Assembly (NCBI GenBank): GCA_027314515.1
Contig: DAHVAR010000238.1
Span: 6,882 to 70,881 of the forward strand
Reading direction: 5' to 3'
Source of the DNA: Actinomycetota bacterium
GTDB taxonomy: Bacteria > Actinomycetota > Actinomycetes > Streptosporangiales > Streptosporangiaceae
DNA length: 64,000 nt
The notes under the pieces were generated by a model that saw only the letters and a program-made list of their open reading frames with translations, was not told the origin of the DNA and did not search any database. A program made the position numbers and the translations under genes. This document shows, piece after piece, positions 9,056-18,723 of this stretch (the stretch's first letter is position 1; every line of letters starts with the position of its first letter).

Positions 9056-11289
9056 GCGGGCAGCCGTCAGGGCCGGTGCTCGAGATCGCCGGCCTGCATA
9101 CCGAGATCCGCCGCAACGGCGCGGCGGTCAGGGCCGTCGATGGCGTCAGCCTGACCGTCGCGGCAGGTGAGTGCCTCGGCCTGGTCGGGGAGTCAGGCTG
9201 CGGGAAGACAATGACGGCCCGGTCGGTCATGCGCCTGCTGCCAGCGGGCGGCGTTATCACGGCCGGCTCGGTCGTGCTGGCCGGGACCGAGCTCACCGCG
9301 CTGTCGGAGCGCAACATGCAGACGATCCGGGGCAACGATGTCGGGATGGTGTTCCAGGACCCGTCAAGCTCCCTGGATCCGACGATGCAGGTCGGCCGCC
9401 AGATCGCCGAGTCAGTGGTCGTGCACAGGGGAGCCAGCCGGGCTGCGGCCGCGGCTCGCGCCGTCGAGATGCTGAGCCTGGTCAAGATCGCCGACCCGGA
9501 GCGCGTGGCCCGCGGATATCCGCACCAGCTGTCGGGCGGAATGCGGCAGCGAGCCATGATCGCCGCCGCGCTCGCGTGCGAGCCGCGCCTGCTGATCGCC
9601 GACGAGCCCACCACGGCACTGGACGTGACGACTCAGCGTGACATTCTCGATCTCATCGGGGACCTGCGCGCAGCGCTCGGGATGGCAGTCATCCTGGTCA
9701 CCCACGATCTGGGCGTGATCGCCGGCCGGACCGAGCGGGTCGCGGTCATGTACGGCGGGCGGATCGTCGAGCAGGCGGCGACCAGCGCGGTGTTCGCCGG
9801 GCCCCGGCATCCCTACACCGAGGCGCTGTTCGAAGCCCTGCCGGAGATGGCGAGCTCGCAACCGGCGAGCCGGGGCCTGTACAGCATTCCGGGCCGCCCG
9901 CCGGATCTGGTGACTCGCTCGCCGGGGTGCAGCTTCGCGCAGCGGTGCCGCTACGTGCGGGACTGGTGCGCGACTCATGAGCCGGCCCTGGACGGGGATC
10001 ACCCTGGGCATGGCTACGCCTGCTTCTTCCCCGTGGGTGTCACGGGCCGGGCTCGCGGTGCGGGCGGCCAGGACGGTGCGGGCGGGGGAGTCACCCCGGT
10101 CAGCGCCTGGGTCAGCGGTCGTGGCCGCCAGGCGGCCGGCCGGGCGGCGACCGCGGCCCCGGCCAGCACGGCTGCGGAGCCGCTGCTGCGAGTCTCCGGG
10201 CTGGTGAAGGACTACCCGGTGGCAGGCGGGGTGCTGGGCCGCCGGTCCGGGGCGGTCAGCGCGGTCGCGGACGTGAGCTTCGAGCTGCTGGCCGGCCAGA
10301 CGTTCGGTCTGGTGGGTGAGTCGGGCAGCGGCAAGACCACCGTTGCCAGGCTGCTCGTCGGCCTGGAACGGCCAGATGCGGGCGCCATCGTCTTCGACGG
10401 CGCCGATCTGGCCGCGATGCCTGCCCGGCAGCGTCGGCAGCGTCGGTCGGGCATCCAGCTGATGTTCCAGGACTCGTTCGCTTCGCTGGATCCCCGGATG
10501 CGCGTCAAGTCGATCCTGAGCGAGCCACTCGCGATCCATCAGACCGTGCGGCGCCGCGGGTACCGCCGGCAGGTCCTGCGGATCCTGGACGAAGTGGGGC
10601 TGCCCGCCGATGCCGAGAATCAGTACGCCCGTGAGTTCTCCGGCGGCCAGCGGCAACGGCTCGCCCTGGCCAGGGCGCTCATCCAGCGCCCGGCACTGAT
10701 CGTGGCCGACGAGCCGGTCTCGGCACTCGACGTGTCGGTCCAGGCGCAGATTCTCAACCTGATGCGCAAGCTGCAACGGCAGTACGAGCTCAGTTACCTG
10801 TTTATCTCGCACGACCTGTCGGTGATCAGGTACATGGCCGACACGATCGGCGTGATGTACCTCGGCAAGCTGGTCGAGACCGGGCCAGCCGAGGAGATCT
10901 GCACAGCGCCAGGCCATCCGTATACGGCCAGCCTCATCGCGGCCGTGCCTGCGGTAGTGACCGGCCCCGAGATGACGCGGCCCCCGCTGGCAGGCACCCC
11001 GCTGGCAGGCACCCTGTCGGCAGGCACCCTGTCGGCAGGCACGGGGCAGCCCGGGATGGCCGCGCTGCCTGGCGCCAGCGGACCGCCGGCGGCCGGCCCG
11101 GATCCCGCGCATCCGCCGTCTGGCTGCAGGTTCCGGCTCAGATGCGCATTCGCCCGTGATGTCTGCGCCGAGCAGGAGCCAGCGCTGCGCCCGCACGCCG
11201 TCAGGGGTCAGCTGGTAGCCTGCCACTTCCCGCTCGGCCCCGCGACGGCCGGTCAGGTGGCCGGGCAGACGATGCCCAGCATTGCGTGA
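9052..11289 (+). CDS. Fused double ATPase of the peptide/nickel ABC importer (DppD+DppF-like)
   Basis: Two Walker A motifs ([22 protein letters not shown]), two ABC signatures ([16 protein letters not shown]) and two C-terminal Cys-rich oligopeptide-type tails ([16 protein letters not shown]). Confidence 0.9.
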   Translation: MSGQPSGPVLEIAGLHTEIRRNGAAVRAVDGVSLTVAAGECLGLVGESGCGKTMTARSVMRLLPAGGVITAGSVVLAGTELTALSERNMQTIRGNDVGMVFQDPSSSLDPTMQVGRQIAESVVVHRGASRAAAAARAVEMLSLVKIADPERVARGYPHQLSGGMRQRAMIAAALACEPRLLIADEPTTALDVTTQRDILDLIGDLRAALGMAVILVTHDLGVIAGRTERVAVMYGGRIVEQAATSAVFAGPRHPYTEALFEALPEMASSQPASRGLYSIPGRPPDLVTRSPGCSFAQRCRYVRDWCATHEPALDGDHPGHGYACFFPVGVTGRARGAGGQDGAGGGVTPVSAWVSGRGRQAAGRAATAAPASTAAEPLLRVSGLVKDYPVAGGVLGRRSGAVSAVADVSFELLAGQTFGLVGESGSGKTTVARLLVGLERPDAGAIVFDGADLAAMPARQRRQRRSGIQLMFQDSFASLDPRMRVKSILSEPLAIHQTVRRRGYRRQVLRILDEVGLPADAENQYAREFSGGQRQRLALARALIQRPALIVADEPVSALDVSVQAQILNLMRKLQRQYELSYLFISHDLSVIRYMADTIGVMYLGKLVETGPAEEICTAPGHPYTASLIAAVPAVVTGPEMTRPPLAGTPLAGTLSAGTLSAGTGQPGMAALPGASGPPAAGPDPAHPPSGCRFRLRCAFARDVCAEQEPALRPHAVRGQLVACHFPLGPATAGQVAGQTMPSIA
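10984..11043. repeat. In-frame 15-bp tandem repeat x4 inside the ABC ATPase gene
   Basis: CCGCTGGCAGGCACC occurs at 10984-10998 and 10999-11013, and CTGTCGGCAGGCACC/G at 11014-11028 and 11029-11043. It encodes [20 protein letters not shown]. Confidence 0.9.
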
Positions 11290-11488
11290 GTGCGCGCCTG
11301 ATCGCCGCCCGTTACCCGGCTGTTATCGGGTTGAGCCTGGTTCTGCCGGGCACGCGGCGGCGCTGGCAGCATCGAGTTGTCGCTGTGCTCCGCCGTGCGC
11401 TCGTTGTTGCCGCTAGCCTTCTTGTGTCCGCAGTGAGCAGCAGGGAACTGCTCGGTGCGCGGCGGCCGGCCGGAGGGAGGTGCCCGCG

Positions 11489-13711
11489 ATGAGCACCGGG
11501 ATGTCAGTGCCTCGTCCGCGGCTGCCGGGCTTGGATGACGCTGACTCGGCGCTGCTGGCCGGCTTGCTCAAGCAGGCGCCGGTCGGCTTCGCCTTCATCG
11601 GTCTTGACGGGCGGGTCGGCCGGATGAACCAGGCGATGGCCTGGCTGCTCCGCGGCGACGACCCGGACCTGGCGGGCGCGCCCCGCCAGCCCGGCACTGA
11701 CCAGGCCGGACCCGAGGGGGATGGCGCGGGCGATCCAGCCAGCGGGGCCGGCCGGGCCGGCCTGGAGTCGGTCGCGGGCTGGCCGCCGGAGCTTGCCGCG
11801 ACCGCGCAGGCGGCTCTGCGCCGGGTAGCGGCGGGCGAGCGGCCGGCGGGGCAGACGGAGTACGCGCTCGCGGCGGATCCGGCCGATGCGGAACGGGCCG
11901 GCGCTGTGCGTTACTGGTCGCTTTCCTGGTTCCCGTCGGACGACGGCGACGTCACCGGAGTGGGCGTGATCGCGGTCGAGGTGACCCGGCAGCACCTGGC
12001 GGCGGAGGCGCTGCGGCGCAGCGAGGAACGGTATCGCTCGCTCGTGCAGGCCGGAGCGCAGGTTGTCTGGGTCACCCGGCCGGACGGCGAGATTGCCGAA
12101 GACTCGCCCGAATGGCGCTCGATCACCGGCCAGACCGCCGAGGAGTACCTCGGCAAGGGGTGGCTGGATGCGATCCACGGCGATGACCGGGAGCGCGTCG
12201 AGGCTACCTGGCGCGAGTGCATCCGCACCGGGAAGGTATTCGACGGTCGCTACCGGGTCCGCAGCCGCACCGGCTCCTACCGGCACTATGACGTGCGTGC
12301 CGTGCCGATCGAGCGGGACGGCAAGATCATCGAGTGGATGGGCGCCAGCACGGACGTCACCGCGCAGCGTGAGGCAGAAGAAATGCGCGGCCGGCTCACC
12401 GAGCAGCTCTCGGCGGCAGCGCTGCGCACCGCGCGGTTGCAGCAGGCGACCTCGATGCTGGCCGAGGCACTGACCGTCGAGCAGGTCGTCCAGGTCATCA
12501 CCGAGGTCGGCCGCTCGGCGATCGGGGCCGAGCGGTCCGCGGTAGCCATACTCGACACCGAGCGGCTGCGGCTGCGCACGATCAACCGGGGCGAGCTGCC
12601 GGACATCCCCGGCGCTCCCGGCGAGGACATCCCGTTGTCGGTGGCCAGCGTCATGACCCTCGCGATCACGACGCGCAGGCCAGTGCTGATGGAAAGCCCC
12701 GAGGCACTGCGCAGGTGCTTCGACGCCGAGGGCGTCGACGTCAGCCTCTTCCTCGCGCACAGTGATGAGAAGGCGTGGGTCGGCCTGCCGTTGCTGTCTT
12801 CGGGCGCCTCGCTCGGTGCGCTGCGGTTCTCCTTCACCCGGCCGCGCCAGATTACCGAGGAGGAAAGGGTCTTCCTCGAGGCACTGGCCGGTCAGTGCGC
12901 GCTGGCCCTGGAGCGAGCCACGCTGTACGAGCGGGAGCACACTACCGCCGAGACGTTGCAGCGCAGCCTGCTGCCGGACACGCTGCCCACCGTCCCCGGC
13001 ATCATCCTCGAGGCCAAGTGCCTTCCGGTGACCAGGAACATGGAGATCGGCGGCGACTGGTACGACGCGTTCCGGTTGCCGGACGGGCGGCTCGCGGTGG
13101 CAGCCGGCGACGTCATGGGCAAGGGGCTGACCGCGGCCGCGGGAATGGGCCGGGTGCGGAACGCGCTGCGCGCGCTGGCCCTGACCGACCCGCGACCAGC
13201 CGCTGTGCTGTCCGGACTTGACCGCCTGTTCCTGGCGACTGAGCTTGCCGAGCAGGTCACCACGGTGGCGTACCTGGTGGTCAACCCGCTGACCGGGGAC
13301 GGGGTCGCCGGTAACGCGGGTCATCTGCCCCCGCTGCTGCTGTCGCCGGACGGGTCCCCGCGACTGGAATCAGCCGAGCCAGGCACCCCGCTCGGCTGGG
13401 CGAGCCCGCGCCACCAGTACACCTTCCGGCTGCCGCCAGGCAACACGGCAGTGCTGTATTCCGATGGACTTGTGGAGAACCGTAAGCGGGGCCTGGATGC
13501 TGGCCTGGACGAGCTGGTGTCGGTCGCGGCGCAGGCGCCTGCGTCGGTGACAGCGGATCCGGCGCAGCTCCTGAAGTACCTCGTGGACCGGATGCTGACC
13601 GGGTACGAGCAGGATGACGACGTCACCGTGCTGGTGCTGCACGTGCCCGCCGAGGGCGGCGTGGGTGCTGGCAGGCGGCAGGCCGGTTCAGCGCGAAAGG
13701 GGAGGGCATGA
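11489..13711 (+). CDS. PAS-GAF-PP2C (SpoIIE-type) protein serine/threonine phosphatase
   Basis: PAS-like region (EERYRSLVQAGAQVVWVTRPDGE...GASTDVTAQREAEE), GAF-like middle, and PP2C/SpoIIE motifs (GGDWYDAF, AAGDVMGKGLTAAAGMG, LYSDGLVE, DDDVTVLVL). ATG 11489 lies 8 nt after the GGAGGGAGG RBS. Confidence 0.85.
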   Translation: MSTGMSVPRPRLPGLDDADSALLAGLLKQAPVGFAFIGLDGRVGRMNQAMAWLLRGDDPDLAGAPRQPGTDQAGPEGDGAGDPASGAGRAGLESVAGWPPELAATAQAALRRVAAGERPAGQTEYALAADPADAERAGAVRYWSLSWFPSDDGDVTGVGVIAVEVTRQHLAAEALRRSEERYRSLVQAGAQVVWVTRPDGEIAEDSPEWRSITGQTAEEYLGKGWLDAIHGDDRERVEATWRECIRTGKVFDGRYRVRSRTGSYRHYDVRAVPIERDGKIIEWMGASTDVTAQREAEEMRGRLTEQLSAAALRTARLQQATSMLAEALTVEQVVQVITEVGRSAIGAERSAVAILDTERLRLRTINRGELPDIPGAPGEDIPLSVASVMTLAITTRRPVLMESPEALRRCFDAEGVDVSLFLAHSDEKAWVGLPLLSSGASLGALRFSFTRPRQITEEERVFLEALAGQCALALERATLYEREHTTAETLQRSLLPDTLPTVPGIILEAKCLPVTRNMEIGGDWYDAFRLPDGRLAVAAGDVMGKGLTAAAGMGRVRNALRALALTDPRPAAVLSGLDRLFLATELAEQVTTVAYLVVNPLTGDGVAGNAGHLPPLLLSPDGSPRLESAEPGTPLGWASPRHQYTFRLPPGNTAVLYSDGLVENRKRGLDAGLDELVSVAAQAPASVTADPAQLLKYLVDRMLTGYEQDDDVTVLVLHVPAEGGVGAGRRQAGSARKGRA

Positions 13712-14031
13712 GGAATGCGGGTACGATTCCCGAGGTTGTGCTCTGCGCCGTGGGGATGTCAGCGCGGGCCGGACAGCATGGCCGTGGCCTCATAACCGTA
13801 CGACCTACACCGGCAGTGCGCCTAATGTGGTGGGCGGGAGACGATCCGGGCAGAAAGGCGCCGCAGGAGCCTTGCTTGGACGCGGTTCGAGGACCGGGTT
13901 TCTCGCGGTAAGGTCCGATGCTTACCAGGAGGTATGCCGGAGAGGTGACAGTGTCGCCTGCTATTTCGAACGGCATGATGCTGTGCGCGGCGTGCCGGGC
14001 CGGCATCCAGCGAGGGAAGGGGTGACCGCGG

Positions 14032-15765
14032 ATGGCTAGCGCTGCAGGCTCGGCGGCGCGGCGGCATGCTCGGCCGTCGTCCGAGGCGTCCCAGGAATCG
14101 CAACCGCAGGGATCGCGAGGACCGCGGAGCGAGCGCGTTCCGCGGCAGGCCCGCGGCGGCGCTGCCGACGGCAGGGCTCAACTGGCCGACCAGCCGGTAG
14201 CCCTGGTTCCGGATGACGGCGCCACCAGCGGCGTGCCGGCCGCGAGGCGGCCAGGGGACAGCCGTGGCCGCAAGCCCGTGGCCGCGCGCGGTTCTCACGG
14301 CACTAGCGCCGAGGAGCGGGTTTCAGCAGGTAGCAGCCGCGGCCAGGCCGGCCAGGCCGGCCAGTCTGCTGCCAGTCGCAGGCAGGGAAAGAGGGCCGCC
14401 AGTGAGCTGCCGGGCAGGGGAGACCATCGTGACAACGGGAGCGTGGACGTGACGGCGGACGCCGAACTGGCCGCGGATGCCGAGCTGGACACCGAGTCCG
14501 ACCTCGCCGATGCCGGCGTCCTGGACACCGATCCAGACCTGACCGAGGTGTCGGACATAGACGGCGATCCCGACCTGGCCGAGGTGGCCTTCCTTGACGT
14601 CGATGCGGAGCTCGAGGAGCTCGAGGGCCTCGACGGCGAGGACGCCGACGGTGACGAGGCCGACGCCGGGGAGGTCGCGTCCGTCCGGCCGGCGGCCGCA
14701 GCCGCCGGCATCGACGCCGAAGCGCTCGGCAGCGCCAATGGCACGGCCGGCGGGGCCGGGGCCGCAGCCGCGGCCGACGAGGGTGACGACGAGGCATTCG
14801 TCTACGGCGACGATGACGAGGACCTGCCGGCTGCCCAGGTGGCGGTCGCGGGCGCGACGTCTGACCCGGTCAAGGACTATCTCAAGCAGATCGGCAAGGT
14901 CCCGCTGCTCAACGCCGAGCAGGAGGTCGAGCTGGCCAAGCGGATCGAGGCCGGCCTGTTTGCCGAGGAGAAGCTCGCCGAGAGCACCAGCCCGCTTCGC
15001 CCGGAGACCAGGCTGGACCTGGAGTGGATCGCCGACGACGGCAGGCGGGCCAAGAACCACCTGCTGGAGGCCAACCTCAGGCTGGTGGTCTCGCTCGCCA
15101 AGCGCTACACCGGCCGGGGCATGCTGTTCCTGGACCTGATCCAGGAGGGGAACCTCGGGCTGATCCGCGCGGTGGAGAAGTTCGACTACACCAAGGGCTA
15201 CAAGTTCTCCACGTATGCCACCTGGTGGATCCGGCAGGCCATCACCAGGGCGATGGCCGACCAGGCCAGGACCATCCGGATTCCGGTGCACATGGTCGAA
15301 GTGATCAACAAGCTCGCCCGGGTGCAGCGGCAGATGCTGCAGGACCTGGGCCGCGAGCCCACTCCGGAAGAACTCGCTGCCGAGCTGGACATGACCCCGG
15401 AGAAGGTCATCGAGGTGCAGAAATACGGCCGTGAGCCGATCTCGCTGCACACGCCGCTCGGTGAGGACGGAGACAGCGAGTTCGGTGACCTGATCGAGGA
15501 CTCGGAGGCGATCCAGCCCGGCGAGGCCGTCAGCTTCACGCTGCTGCAGGAGCAGCTGCACTCGGTACTGGACACCCTGTCCGAGCGCGAGGCCGGCGTG
15601 GTCTCGATGCGGTTCGGGCTGACCGACGGGCAGCCCAAGACGCTGGACGAGATCGGCAAGGTCTACGGGGTGACCAGGGAGCGGATCCGTCAGATCGAGT
15701 CGAAGACGATGTCCAAGCTGCGTCATCCGTCCCGGTCCCAGGTGCTACGCGACTACCTGGACTAG
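14032..15765 (+). CDS. rpoD: Principal (group 1) RNA polymerase sigma factor, HrdB/SigA type
   Basis: The C-terminal two thirds is almost identical, as far as I recall, to Streptomyces HrdB ([35 protein letters not shown] ... [34 protein letters not shown] ... [14 protein letters not shown]). The N-terminus is basic then strongly acidic. The exact start is uncertain. Confidence 0.95.
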   Translation: MASAAGSAARRHARPSSEASQESQPQGSRGPRSERVPRQARGGAADGRAQLADQPVALVPDDGATSGVPAARRPGDSRGRKPVAARGSHGTSAEERVSAGSSRGQAGQAGQSAASRRQGKRAASELPGRGDHRDNGSVDVTADAELAADAELDTESDLADAGVLDTDPDLTEVSDIDGDPDLAEVAFLDVDAELEELEGLDGEDADGDEADAGEVASVRPAAAAAGIDAEALGSANGTAGGAGAAAAADEGDDEAFVYGDDDEDLPAAQVAVAGATSDPVKDYLKQIGKVPLLNAEQEVELAKRIEAGLFAEEKLAESTSPLRPETRLDLEWIADDGRRAKNHLLEANLRLVVSLAKRYTGRGMLFLDLIQEGNLGLIRAVEKFDYTKGYKFSTYATWWIRQAITRAMADQARTIRIPVHMVEVINKLARVQRQMLQDLGREPTPEELAAELDMTPEKVIEVQKYGREPISLHTPLGEDGDSEFGDLIEDSEAIQPGEAVSFTLLQEQLHSVLDTLSEREAGVVSMRFGLTDGQPKTLDEIGKVYGVTRERIRQIESKTMSKLRHPSRSQVLRDYLD

Positions 15766-15790
15766 CCCGGCCCGCACGCTAGCTGCGGCA

Positions 15791-15838
15791 ACGACTGAGG
15801 CCCCTGACCAGCACGCGCTGGTCAGGGGCCTCAGTCGT
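15791..15838. terminator. Bidirectional intrinsic-terminator-like hairpin between the sigma factor gene and the small zinc-ribbon gene
   Basis: Perfect 22-bp stem: ACGACTGAGGCCCCTGACCAGC (15791-15812) pairs with GCTGGTCAGGGGCCTCAGTCGT (15817-15838), with loop ACGC. It sits between convergent stops at 15765 and 15847. Confidence 0.8.
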
Positions 15839-15846
15839 CGCGGAAA

Positions 15847-16068
15847 TCAGGAAGCCGCGTTGCCGGGCTTGCTCGCCAGCCTGCCGGTCTCGTCCTGGAT
15901 CTCTACTGCGACCTTGGCAAGAGCATCGGCGTGCTTACGGTTGTGATGAGCGCAAAACAGTAGTTCGCCCGAACCGGGAAGCAGCACGCGTACGTACGCG
16001 GGTGCCCCGCATCGGTCACACAAGTCGAGGGCGGTCAGCGGCCTCGTTGGGGCAATCGCACCGGTCAT
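15847..16068 (-). CDS. Small Cys/His zinc-ribbon-like protein (DUF7455-like, from memory)
   Basis: 73-aa ORF with CDRC ... CAHH (DLCDRCGAPAYVRV...LLFCAHHNRKH). Codon usage looks coding. Its position between hrdB and the topoisomerase subunit B gene matches what I recall for Streptomyces. Confidence 0.65.
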   Translation of the reverse strand: MTGAIAPTRPLTALDLCDRCGAPAYVRVLLPGSGELLFCAHHNRKHADALAKVAVEIQDETGRLASKPGNAAS

Positions 16069-16429
16069 TAGTCGCCTCCTCGCCTCTGGACGGTACCGGC
16101 CCTGCTGCCGGTGCCGGGGTCACCCAGCCTGGCGGCAACGGTGCCGACAGTCCATCCAACCTGTGAACTCCTACGCATCACAACACTCAGGGCGGCTGTT
16201 TGTCATCCCCCGTTGGCCACCAGTATGCCGAAGGCGAACATCCGGCTATGCCCGGCCAGTCACGAGCGTTCTGTTATGCGCGATAAACGTGTTATACAGA
16301 CTATGCGCACTATGTGACACGGCGTGGTGACGCGAGGCGCGCCGCGCATCCGGCTAGTCTGCCCTGAGGACCTGCGTCTGGCCGCCGGCCGGGGCAAAAT
16401 CGCTATCTCAGGACTGTCAGGGAGCCGTT

Positions 16430-18670
16430 GTGACCGCCCTCAGCACAGAGCCCGCCCGTTCGGTGTCAGCTGGCACCGGGCCGGCCGGCAAGCGGCCAGC
16501 TGGCAAGGGGCCAGGAAGCCGCGCGCCGCGGAATACCGGCCCCAGCCACACAACGGCGCCGGGGACCGACGGGTATACCGCGCGGCACCTGACCGTCCTG
16601 GAAGGCCTGGACGCCGTGCGCAAGCGGCCGGGCATGTACATCGGCTCGACGGACGGCCGGGGCCTGGCCCAGTGCCTGGGCGAGATATTCGACAACGCGG
16701 TGGACGAAGCGCTGGCTGGCGCCTGCACGCAGATCGAGGTCATGCTGCACGCGGACGGCTCCGCTGAGGTGCGGGACGACGGCCGCGGAATCCCGGTCGA
16801 CAACGAGCCGAAGACCGGCCTGCCTGGCGTCGAGCTGATCATGACCAGGCTGCACGCGGGCGGGAAGTTCGGCGGCGGCTCGTACACGGCCTCGGGCGGG
16901 CTGCACGGGGTTGGCGCCTCGGTCGTCAACGCGCTGTCGGCTCGCCTCGACGTGTGGGTCGAGAAGGCCGGCCATGAGTGGGCCATCAGCTTCCGCCGCG
17001 GCGTGCCCGGACAGTTCGCCGGCGACGGTCCGGACGCGGCCTTCACGCCCGGCTCCGGGCTGCGCAGGGGACCCAAGGTAGCCCGCACGGCGACCGGGAC
17101 CCGGATCCGGTTCTGGCCAGACCGGCAGATCTTCATCCCGGGCGCTGACTGGACCTTCGGCTGGCTGGCGCAGCAGGCCCGGCAGACTGCCTACCTGGTT
17201 CCCGGCCTGGCCATCCGGATCGCTGACGAGCGCCTGGCGCCGGAGGGAGCCGGCGGACCAGCGGACGAGTCCGCCGAAGCCGGGGAAGGTCAGCCGGGCC
17301 GGTCCGCCACGTTCCGGTTCGACGGCGGCATCAGCGAGTTCTGCGCCCACCTGTCGGCCGGCGAGCCGGTCACGGACGTGCTGAGGATCACCGGCAGCGG
17401 GGCGTTCACCGAGACCGTGCCTGTCCTCGACGAGGCCGGCCACCTCACGCCGACGGAGGTAGAACGCCAGCTGGACGTCGACGTCGCGATGCGGTGGGAC
17501 ACCGGCTATGACACCGTCCTCCGGTCGTTCGTCAACGTGATCGCGACCTCCAACGGCGGGACTCATGTCACCGGCTTCGAGCGGGCCATCGTGCGGACGC
17601 TGAACGATCAGCTCAAGGCCGCGAGGCTGCTGAAGGCCGGGGACGACCCGGTGACGAAAGAAGACGTGCTCGAGGGCCTGACCGCGGTTGTTTCCGTGCG
17701 GCTGCCCGAGCCGCAGTTCGAGGGCCAGACCAAGGAGGTGCTTGGCACTCCGGCGGCCTCGAAGATTGTCGCCCAAGTGGTCTCGACGGAGCTGGCCAGC
17801 TTCCTGGAGGGCCGGGTGCGCGGCAGCAAGCAGCAGGCACGTGCCGTGCTGGACAAGGTCATCTCGGCAGCCAGGACCCGCATCGCGGCGCGCGAGCACC
17901 GGGAGAACCAGCGCCGCAAGTCGGCCCTGGCAAGTTCGGCGCTGCCCGCCAAGCTGGTCGACTGCCGGTCGGCCGATGACCGGAGCGAACTGTTCATCGT
18001 GGAGGGTGACTCGGCGCTCGGCACCGCCAAGAACGCAAGGAACTCCGAGTTCCAGGCACTGCTGCCGATTCGCGGCAAGATCCTCAACGTGCAGAAGGCG
18101 TCGCTTGCCGACATGCTGAAGAACGCCGAGTGCGCTGCAATCATCCAGGTACTCGGCGCTGGCTCGGGCACTGCGTTCGACCTGGACTCGGCCCGTTACC
18201 AGCGGGTTATCTTCATGGCTGACGCGGACGTCGACGGCGCGCATATCCGCACGCTGCTGCTGACGTTGTTCCACCGGTACATGCGGCCGATGGTGGAAGC
18301 GGGCCGCGTGTTCGCCGCAGTGCCGCCGCTGCACCGGATCGAGCTGACGAACCCGCGCAAGGGCCAGCAGCGTTACATCTACACCTACAGCGATGCCGAG
18401 CTGCGGCGCACGCTGCTCGAGCTGGAGCGCAAGGGGCAGCGGTTCGCCGAGCCGCCGCAGCGGTACAAGGGCCTGGGCGAGATGGACGCGCACCAGCTGG
18501 CCGAGACCACCATGGATCCCCGGTACCGGGTCCTGCGCCGGATCAGGATCGAGGACACCCGCGCCGCCGAGGGCATCTTCGACCTGCTGATGGGCAGCGA
18601 GGTGGGGCCGCGGCGGGACTTCATCGCCGCCGGGGCGACCGAGCTAGATCCGTCCCGCATCGACACCTGA
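16430..18670 (+). CDS. parE: Type IIA topoisomerase subunit B (topoisomerase IV ParE-like / GyrB paralogue)
   Basis: GHKL ATPase motifs (LEGLDAVRKRPGMYIGS, GGLHGVGASVVNALS) and Toprim motifs (ELFIVEGDSALGTAK, IMADADVDGAHI). The topo IV call rests on context only: it is not next to dnaA/dnaN/recF and it lies beside hrdB. Confidence 0.85.
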   Translation: MTALSTEPARSVSAGTGPAGKRPAGKGPGSRAPRNTGPSHTTAPGTDGYTARHLTVLEGLDAVRKRPGMYIGSTDGRGLAQCLGEIFDNAVDEALAGACTQIEVMLHADGSAEVRDDGRGIPVDNEPKTGLPGVELIMTRLHAGGKFGGGSYTASGGLHGVGASVVNALSARLDVWVEKAGHEWAISFRRGVPGQFAGDGPDAAFTPGSGLRRGPKVARTATGTRIRFWPDRQIFIPGADWTFGWLAQQARQTAYLVPGLAIRIADERLAPEGAGGPADESAEAGEGQPGRSATFRFDGGISEFCAHLSAGEPVTDVLRITGSGAFTETVPVLDEAGHLTPTEVERQLDVDVAMRWDTGYDTVLRSFVNVIATSNGGTHVTGFERAIVRTLNDQLKAARLLKAGDDPVTKEDVLEGLTAVVSVRLPEPQFEGQTKEVLGTPAASKIVAQVVSTELASFLEGRVRGSKQQARAVLDKVISAARTRIAAREHRENQRRKSALASSALPAKLVDCRSADDRSELFIVEGDSALGTAKNARNSEFQALLPIRGKILNVQKASLADMLKNAECAAIIQVLGAGSGTAFDLDSARYQRVIFMADADVDGAHIRTLLLTLFHRYMRPMVEAGRVFAAVPPLHRIELTNPRKGQQRYIYTYSDAELRRTLLELERKGQRFAEPPQRYKGLGEMDAHQLAETTMDPRYRVLRRIRIEDTRAAEGIFDLLMGSEVGPRRDFIAAGATELDPSRIDT

Positions 18671-18723
18671 CGGGAGCATGATCGCGAAGACTTTCCGTCG
18701 CCGGCGACGGATTGTTTACATGC

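Noticed and set aside
9412-11226. Very long ORFs antisense to, or out of frame with, confident genes. Examples: 388-1584 (+), 9412-11226 (-), 11504-13324 (-), 14323-15726 (-), 16466-18493 (-), 19087-21354 (+), 33488-34693 (-), 38531-39940 (-) and 41339-42937 (+).
   Set aside because: Their translations are Arg/Pro/Gly/Ala-rich low-complexity strings with no motifs. Each lies opposite a gene with clear family signatures. Stop codons are rare in all frames of such GC-rich DNA, so these are composition artefacts.
13945-14025. A 26-codon upstream ORF (VTVSPAISNGMMLCAACRAGIQRGKG) and a 4-codon ATG ORF after AGGAGG in the sigma-factor leader
   Set aside because: The Shine-Dalgarno-like sequences abut the start codons with essentially no spacing. 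I also have no conservation evidence.
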